The position numbers and the translations under genes are program-made. This document shows positions 58,425-64,000 of a stretch of 64,000 nucleotides of DNA, piece after piece (the first letter of the stretch is position 1; each line of letters starts with the position of its first letter). Location of the stretch: sequence record MT366760.1; one strand, 5' to 3'. Under the pieces are notes generated by a model. That model did no database searches. It had not been told where the DNA came from and saw only the letters and a program-made list of their open reading frames with translations.

Positions 58425-58857
58425 ACATATAAAGGACATGTCGTCGGAACCAGACGTGTTGGTTATGGCAGCGTCAGGTTGGCGCGAACTAGTTAAATCT
58501 AGTGGGATATCTGCTGAAACTAGGTACACGTTCTACGGCAACATTGACTGTCTAGTTGCTTATGACGAAGAGGGTTTACCTATCGGTCTAATATCCTACT
58601 TCTCTAATGGTGAAGGTAAATGGTGGGTTAGCTTTTCCTACGTTGTACCCTCATTTCGTGGTAACGGTGTATGGAAGGAACTGTGGCATAAGCTTGTTGC
58701 GCACGCTCAACAATCATCTATTAAGTATTTGGATGGTGGTACACACATGGACAACGTAGCCATGCAGAAGGCTGCTGAATCAGTAGGTCGTGTAGCGGAA
58801 ACCATAACGTATACATTTAAAGTACCTGATGTAATACCTACAATAGACGGTGATTGA
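58408..58857 (+). CDS. GNAT-family acetyltransferase
   Basis: YVVPSFRGNGVWKEL acetyl-CoA motif A; NVAMQKAAESVG. Confidence 0.8.
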   Translation: MIAEIKHIKDMSSEPDVLVMAASGWRELVKSSGISAETRYTFYGNIDCLVAYDEEGLPIGLISYFSNGEGKWWVSFSYVVPSFRGNGVWKELWHKLVAHAQQSSIKYLDGGTHMDNVAMQKAAESVGRVAETITYTFKVPDVIPTIDGD

Positions 58858-59194
58858 TATGCGAATGCTGTTCTTGTTTATGCATAATCCAATCAAGAAC
58901 ATTAAGTGGATGTGGCGTGTTAAGCGTCACGCCCTTGACTTGATTGAGGGTTCTAACTTAAAGATAGAAGACCCCTTCCACCTATATGTGCGTACGGTTC
59001 GTAACAAGAAGACACCACCAACTGTCTATATGCAGGCGTGGTCTAAGCGTCAATGTGCGGATAAACTGCTTCAGAATCACATTGACCACCTATTGTACAC
59101 CGAGCGCGTAGAACGCAATCAACGGGAAGCACTCGCTCGTCAAGAGCGTTTGGCTAAGCGTAAGAACCAAACACACTTAAAGGTAGTATCATAA
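58850..59194 (+). CDS. Hypothetical protein
   Basis: 114-aa coupled ORF. Confidence 0.5.
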   Translation: MIDMRMLFLFMHNPIKNIKWMWRVKRHALDLIEGSNLKIEDPFHLYVRTVRNKKTPPTVYMQAWSKRQCADKLLQNHIDHLLYTERVERNQREALARQERLAKRKNQTHLKVVS

Positions 59195-59196
59195 CT

Positions 59197-59415
59197 GTGG
59201 ATACTAAATACAATGAACAACTAACACAAGACCACGTGGATAATGCACCAGAATGGGCTAACAGAATTTGCTTAGTCCAAGGCGTTATCGAATATGGATT
59301 CTTTGATATCCGCTGTAACATGGTATTCAATCAGCGTGACTGCATGAAGAGATATAGCTTAGGTGCACATGTAACCCTGATGGAGAAAAAGAAAGATGAA
59401 TGGTATACAGCCTAA
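59197..59415 (+). CDS. Hypothetical protein
   Basis: 72-aa ORF with an APEWA phage-type motif. Confidence 0.45.
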   Translation: MDTKYNEQLTQDHVDNAPEWANRICLVQGVIEYGFFDIRCNMVFNQRDCMKRYSLGAHVTLMEKKKDEWYTA

Positions 59416-59809
59416 AATTATTTCAACTGAGATTGATTGCACAGCTAGCATTGAGCTAATTTCAATTGAAACTGAAGTGAAATGGGGTCTGCCTACCGTT
59501 AGTGATATCAAAAGATTGATTAAAGATCCGACGATTAACGCTCAGGTGTGGTTGTATCCCACAAGTGAAAATCTCGCTAAGGATAAGTGGGCATTAAAAG
59601 TATTACAGAACTATGGACGGGATTATATGGATAGTCTTCTTGGTAATACTAAATACAGGGGTAACATGTATCTTTATAGCCGTGTAACCATTCTAGCTTT
59701 ACCTCAAAAGCTAGCGCACACCTCACATGCTAAAGAACAAGTTCGCCAACAATACCAAGATAGCTATAATAAAGCTCTATGTACCTCGTGGGTTCCACCA
59801 CGCATGTAA
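59396..59809 (+). CDS. Hypothetical protein
   Basis: 137-aa coupled ORF. Confidence 0.45.
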   Translation: MNGIQPKIISTEIDCTASIELISIETEVKWGLPTVSDIKRLIKDPTINAQVWLYPTSENLAKDKWALKVLQNYGRDYMDSLLGNTKYRGNMYLYSRVTILALPQKLAHTSHAKEQVRQQYQDSYNKALCTSWVPPRM

Positions 59810-59829
59810 TATAAATAGGAGAAAGTACA

Positions 59830-60054
59830 TTGTCTGTTCAACAAATAACCCGCTGCACACGTTGCGCTAACACAGGCGTAGCCCTATTGACTGATGACAC
59901 CTGTTGCCGCTGTCATCAATTGCTTTCTAAAGGTGTAGACCTACCCCATTACACCAAGCACGTGTTCGTTCAGAACAATGTGTTCCACGAGCAAATGCCA
60001 CCGCCTTCCATGACATCGGGGTATGATAAAGCCATTAGCCTGCTGACACCCTAA
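59830..60054 (+). CDS. Small Zn-finger-like protein
   Basis: CTRC...CCRC; AGGAG RBS before a TTG start. Confidence 0.45.
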   Translation: MSVQQITRCTRCANTGVALLTDDTCCRCHQLLSKGVDLPHYTKHVFVQNNVFHEQMPPPSMTSGYDKAISLLTP

Positions 60055-60155
60055 CTGTCCTCAATTATAAGCGTGTTTACCAATAGTCCAACGTAGTTAA
60101 ACGACCATTCAACTATCACCCGTTAAAACGCAGGACACGCAGCCTAAATTTAGAG

Positions 60156-60193
60156 AACAAAAAACCCCATTCCTAACGGTTTGGGGTTTTGTT
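60156..60193. terminator. Bidirectional terminator between convergent operons
   Basis: AACAAAAAACCCCA...TGGGGTTTTGTT. Confidence 0.8.
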
Positions 60194-60196
60194 GTC

Positions 60197-60721
60197 TTAG
60201 TTGCTAATAATAGAAATGGGTTTTGATTCTGTCTTGCCCACGCTTGCTACATCTGGATATTCAAAGCAAAGTACTTTACCCGTCTTAATCCAAATCTCAC
60301 CCTCATCAAACCAAGAGGCATCCGCCTCATCCCAATAGTAACCACCTAGCATCCTAACTAGCGAATTCAATACTGGGTTATGACCTACGAGTATTAATGT
60401 ATCCCTGAATGTAAACTCATCCCTGATTATTTCTAGTAACCTACCTATCGCGGCTCCATTCGTGGTTCCATGCATATCATATAAGAATCTATCTACACGG
60501 ATACTAGCACCACAACCACTCTGGATAGCTAAGCTAGTTTCCATAGCCCTCGTAGCATACGACGTTACAATAACACCTTCATTATCTATATTACGGAACA
60601 CCCTCTCCAATTCATCACACTGTTTGTAGCCCTTCTTAGCTAGGGGACGTTGGTAGTCCTTTAATTGGTCAGCTAATTTCCATGAGGACTTAGCGTGACG
60701 TACCACATATAACTTCTTCAT
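60197..60721 (-). CDS. sixA: SixA-like phosphohistidine phosphatase
   Basis: LYVVRHAKSSW, DYQRPL..KG, TSYATRAMET and LILVGHNP motifs. Confidence 0.85.
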   Translation of the reverse strand: MKKLYVVRHAKSSWKLADQLKDYQRPLAKKGYKQCDELERVFRNIDNEGVIVTSYATRAMETSLAIQSGCGASIRVDRFLYDMHGTTNGAAIGRLLEIIRDEFTFRDTLILVGHNPVLNSLVRMLGGYYWDEADASWFDEGEIWIKTGKVLCFEYPDVASVGKTESKPISIISN

Positions 60722-60730
60722 AATATTTCC

Positions 60731-61375
60731 TTAGTATGCTGCTACATAATTAAAGTCATCAGTAGCCTCTGGATAATGGTCTAAGTCTAATTCAGCATCA
60801 GCCCAACTTATCTTGTTGTGTGCACGGTAACGAAGGCGGTGCATTAACCCGTAGTATTCTAGACCGTTTATATACCACTTCGGTGGTCTGCGTTTAGTCC
60901 ACCGTGCCCATCGTGACTTATCCTGAATGTAGAACTCCCGATAGGACTTAGTAATCGTCACGATACCTTTCTCGTAAGCATCCGCCCACGTCCACAATTC
61001 CCACACTTTGTCAGGTTTACTAATAGCTGCTACAAAAGGTGTGCGGTCAATCAACGAGACACTCACTGACTTAGGTACTATTTTATAGACGTCGTCAACC
61101 TTGCGTGGCTTATCACCGAATCTATAGCGATACTCATACTGACATGCTTTTACGAATCTCAGCAACCACTTGTAATTCATCTGGGCTTGACGTACCCAAA
61201 TATTACAGGGATGATTAACGTGTGACGGTGAATATAGACCAACAAACCAACCTCCAGTTTCGTGTTGTGCAACACTACACATCTGAAGGGATTCAACTGG
61301 CATCTTTATTATGTGTTGGTCACAACAGTTTCTTGCTGCTTTCTCAGGACACTTACTAGTGATAAAAATGTTCAT
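60731..61375 (-). CDS. denV: Pyrimidine-dimer DNA glycosylase / endonuclease V-like protein
   Basis: MNIFITS.CPEKAAR..CDQHIIKMPVES.QM; SHVNHPCNIWVR. Confidence 0.75.
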   Translation of the reverse strand: MNIFITSKCPEKAARNCCDQHIIKMPVESLQMCSVAQHETGGWFVGLYSPSHVNHPCNIWVRQAQMNYKWLLRFVKACQYEYRYRFGDKPRKVDDVYKIVPKSVSVSLIDRTPFVAAISKPDKVWELWTWADAYEKGIVTITKSYREFYIQDKSRWARWTKRRPPKWYINGLEYYGLMHRLRYRAHNKISWADAELDLDHYPEATDDFNYVAAY

Positions 61376-61436
61376 ATGAATAACCTGATATTGTTACATA
61401 CTTCCATTATACCATAATCTCCCGTATGGCACAAAT

Positions 61437-61463
61437 GAAAATACCCCACCGAAGTGAGGTATT
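61437..61463 (-). terminator. Rho-independent terminator
   Basis: AATACCCCAC-CGAA-GTGAGGTATT; the flanking A-run reads as a U-tract on the minus strand. Confidence 0.65.
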
Positions 61464-61468
61464 ATGTA

Positions 61469-61999
61469 CTACATTAGTTCTTTAAGTTGATGCAATACAT
61501 CTTGTGCATCATAGGCATCGTCCTCCCCAACACATATTGCTTTACCACCTGCGGCAATAAAACCATTACAGTTCTGATAGTAGTCATCAATCAGGCAATA
61601 TGTTGGTTCAGCATACATAGCTTTATCCGCAGATTCGTCAACGAACACCATCTGAAAACGTGTGCTAGTACCATAACGCTTATCAATGTTTTCCTTAACC
61701 CAATTCCATTTATTGGACTTAACGCGTTCTGTATCACGGTGGTTTTGGTCAATAGCTGTTAGCCACCCTATTGGAAGACCTAGTTCACGTACACCCTCGA
61801 ATAATTCAAGGAAGTCTGGGATGATCTCTAAGTTTAGGAAAAAGTCAGGTTCCTTATCATAGATACTACGGATAATATTACCTTTGTCTGTATGCTTATT
61901 TAGCTCATCAATTGTCATGTGTGGTACATACTTATCTATGATGCGTGTACGCCACTTACTAGACAGACCATCCATATCAAACAACACTAACTCAATCAT
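61469..61999 (-). CDS. HAD-family 5'(3')-deoxyribonucleotidase (NT5C-like)
   Basis: LFDMDG, FFLNLEII, WLTA and LIDDYYQN motifs. Confidence 0.8.
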   Translation of the reverse strand: MIELVLFDMDGLSSKWRTRIIDKYVPHMTIDELNKHTDKGNIIRSIYDKEPDFFLNLEIIPDFLELFEGVRELGLPIGWLTAIDQNHRDTERVKSNKWNWVKENIDKRYGTSTRFQMVFVDESADKAMYAEPTYCLIDDYYQNCNGFIAAGGKAICVGEDDAYDAQDVLHQLKELM

Positions 62000-62231
62000 T
62001 TAAACCTTCCATTAACTCTTTGGCTTTTTCAGCCGCGATAGTAGATGCAACAACACATAAGCACAGCAGAGTAGTTAATGATACAAACGTTCGCCATACC
62101 TCACCTACCATATACTGAGTAAACATACCGGAAAAAGCAGCGAGGCTACTGAATACTAAGGTATATACTAAACACTGAACTAAGTCAGATTTCCAATTCC
62201 AATTGTCCATTACCAATGCTCCTCTGTCCAA
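61992..62231 (-). CDS. Small 2-TM membrane protein
   Basis: Two hydrophobic segments. Confidence 0.45.
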   Translation of the reverse strand: MDRGALVMDNWNWKSDLVQCLVYTLVFSSLAAFSGMFTQYMVGEVWRTFVSLTTLLCLCVVASTIAAEKAKELMEGLND

Positions 62232-62998
62232 TCTTCTGGTAGACCTATTAGTTCAATTGCCGTGAAGAAACCGAACTCAACTAACTTCTTCTTCATATCA
62301 ATCATTGTACCTTCGCACGCTTCAAGTTCTTCGATATCAAAGTTGATAGAACTTGTTGGGTCTAACACACGCTTACGGAATTGATCTATAGTATCATAGG
62401 GTGCCGGTTTAGAACTAGCCCAATCGTATTCAGCAATCTTGTCTTCTAAGAACTTAGACTTAACGACACCCAATGGTAGCGCTTCTCGTGGACGTCGTGG
62501 TAGCTTACCATACCCCTGAGGACTCCATTGTTCATGCTCCACAATACGGAATGCAGTCATACCTTTATCGCTTGGTTCATTAATACCAACTGCGATACCG
62601 CCTGTTTGTTCACCGTCAATCTCTTCTAACAAGTCCCAGTAAACCCCTTCACTGATGAAGGAACTGCTTAATGACATTGCACGTACTAACATGCTACCAC
62701 TCATAGTAACGGTGAAGGCACTATATTCCACTGTACCATTTGAGGAATCAAAGAATATACGCAGGACGGGTGCCACTACATTACTCGCCATAGATTTGTC
62801 TTCTGGAACTTCTATTCCCCTACGAACAGAACGTTGAGCTTTATCCTTCTTACCCGTAACCAAAACTGGTATATAGATAAGGGGTGTGCACGTAGCTTTA
62901 CCCGCGAAAATATACATAACACCCTTGGTGCGCGTATCAATCCATTCTTGCTCCTGACTGACTAGAGCTTGAAGTCCTAAGTGTTTTACTTTTTTCAT
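62210..62998 (-). CDS. Hypothetical protein
   Basis: 262-aa ORF with a GAGGGA RBS. Confidence 0.55.
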   Translation of the reverse strand: MKKVKHLGLQALVSQEQEWIDTRTKGVMYIFAGKATCTPLIYIPVLVTGKKDKAQRSVRRGIEVPEDKSMASNVVAPVLRIFFDSSNGTVEYSAFTVTMSGSMLVRAMSLSSSFISEGVYWDLLEEIDGEQTGGIAVGINEPSDKGMTAFRIVEHEQWSPQGYGKLPRRPREALPLGVVKSKFLEDKIAEYDWASSKPAPYDTIDQFRKRVLDPTSSINFDIEELEACEGTMIDMKKKLVEFGFFTAIELIGLPEDWTEEHW

Positions 62999-63067
62999 AC
63001 TAAATCCCTCAATTGGGTTGTTGGCTTTAATTAATATAAGGCACTCCGAAGAATGCCCTAGGGTTAA

Positions 63068-63214
63068 TTATTTGCGTTTGAGTTTACGTCGCGCTATTCG
63101 ATTACCCTCGAATGTTGCTGACCGCCTGAGCTGTAAGTACCGACAATTTGGTACAGGTTTGGTAAGTGGGTTTTTAGATCCTTGCCTTTTGTTCCGACCT
63201 CGGTGTTTTGACAT
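63068..63214 (-). CDS. Small basic hypothetical protein (MSKHRGRNKRQ...)
   Basis: AGAGGA RBS before ATG 63214; TGTAAATT motif upstream on the minus strand (63258-65). Confidence 0.45.
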   Translation of the reverse strand: MSKHRGRNKRQGSKNPLTKPVPNCRYLQLRRSATFEGNRIARRKLKRK

Positions 63215-63268
63215 ACAACTTAGTCCTCTTGCAAAAGTGGCGGATTGCCACATTACCAATTTACAGGA

Positions 63269-63673
63269 TTAATAATCGTCATCTACATCGTCTTCATATG
63301 GGAAGCGAACTGCATACTCTGAGTGCTCTAGACCAGACATATCAACCAAACAGATTGGTGTGTTGTGACACGTAGTAGCGTCCTTGATGCGACGAACCAA
63401 TGCATCAACCATAACAGTATTCGCTTCACCACCTTCATCAACCACAAGGATGAAGTCCATCGCACACTGACCACCATAAATATCAGTGAAGGTAGCACGT
63501 GCAGTAGCAACAGTACTGAAGGATTTCCATACTGCACTTGGCTCATCAAGCTCACTCTCTACCTCGATTTTAGTGTCCGTGGCTTCTGTCAAACCATGAA
63601 CCATATCAGTATTCTCGTTGTTAACGAAAGCTTGAAGGCGTGAACGAATAGCGTCTATTACATAAATTTCCAT
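63269..63673 (-). CDS. Hypothetical acidic protein
   Basis: Start MEIYVID at 63673 with an AAGGA RBS. Confidence 0.55.
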   Translation of the reverse strand: MEIYVIDAIRSRLQAFVNNENTDMVHGLTEATDTKIEVESELDEPSAVWKSFSTVATARATFTDIYGGQCAMDFILVVDEGGEANTVMVDALVRRIKDATTCHNTPICLVDMSGLEHSEYAVRFPYEDDVDDDY

Positions 63674-63683
63674 GATGTGTTCC

Positions 63684-64000
63684 TTAATGGTAGCTTGGTT
63701 CATCAATCTGAATGTGGTGGATATCACTATGACCTAAGTCAACGTGGGCTAGTTCCTCACCTTCTAACTCTTCGTCTAGGTGGGAATCAATCAACCATGC
63801 CTGTTGCTCACGAACTGACGCATACTCACTTGAGAAGTGGCAGCCGACCTCTCGACGAGCGGAATCAAGTGTTTCACGAATCTCTTCGAAAGTCATACAG
63901 TCCTTAACAGCTTTAACTACAGTTTCTTTAAGCTGTTCCAACTCGCGTTGTGCACACTGGTTACCCATAAGCTCTTTGTCTAGTTCACGGATTTGCTCAG
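63684..64000 (-). CDS. Hypothetical protein, 5' end truncated by the window edge
   Basis: The frame of ORF 63684-63968 stays open to the window end. Confidence 0.5.
   Translation of the reverse strand, partial: EQIRELDKELMGNQCAQRELEQLKETVVKAVKDCMTFEEIRETLDSARREVGCHFSSEYASVREQQAWLIDSHLDEELEGEELAHVDLGHSDIHHIQIDEPSYH

Noticed and set aside
63018-63272. Plus-strand 84-aa ORF or ncRNA
   Set aside because: Better explained by the minus-strand basic ORF 63068-63214 with its RBS and promoter motif.
1-64000. Genome-wide stop-codon reassignment
   Set aside because: Long genes are intact under the standard code, and TAA, TAG and TGA all end genes with tight coupling; only one local TGA readthrough candidate exists.
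1-64000. tRNA/rRNA genes, integrase, transposase, introns or inteins
   Set aside because: No cloverleaf or T-loop consensus, recombinase motifs, homing-endonuclease motifs or intein splice motifs were recognised; tRNAscan and Infernal were not run.

Overview
The window is an internal 64-kb segment of a large, probably jumbo, lytic myovirus genome (about 40% GC by eye). Spanins suggest a Gram-negative host, and a marine gammaproteobacterium is plausible but not proven. Layout: (1) 1-10.1 kb, T4-like contractile-tail baseplate module (hub/tape-measure end, tube initiator, gp53-, gp27-, gp5/gpV-, gp25-, gp6- and gp7-like genes); (2) 10.1-20.6 kb, a fibre hub plus two adaptor/LamG-SPRY receptor-binding pairs and a chaperone; (3) 21-23 kb, lysis cassette (DUF1353, DUF5675, holin, overlapping spanins); (4) 23-41 kb, replication, transcription and nucleotide-metabolism genes (primase, Cas4-like nuclease, SLOG, acyl carrier protein, zincin, TGT/DpdA-like transglycosylase, SWIM protein, sigma-like factor, SSB, RecA/UvsX, NDT-like, MmcB-like, dUTPase, dCMP deaminase); (5) 41.2-52.7 kb, a self-contained cassette of putative virion-surface proteins with a frameshift-split first gene and a 1924-aa repeat protein; (6) 52.8-64 kb, SbcD, DnaX-like, SbcC, small ORFs, then minus-strand SixA-, DenV- and HAD-like genes. 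Two distinct recurring promoter-like motifs (TGTAAA[T/G][A/T] and CTAATTT[T/A]AT) are visible. The most unusual signals are Lys-rich tails and a shared KRGFGxLK N-terminal motif on DNA-metabolism proteins, an in-frame UGA-readthrough candidate, a TGT/DpdA-like enzyme, a phage ACP and the accessory virion cassette. All family calls come from motif recognition by eye, not from database searches. No tRNA, rRNA, CRISPR array, integrase or transposase was recognised.
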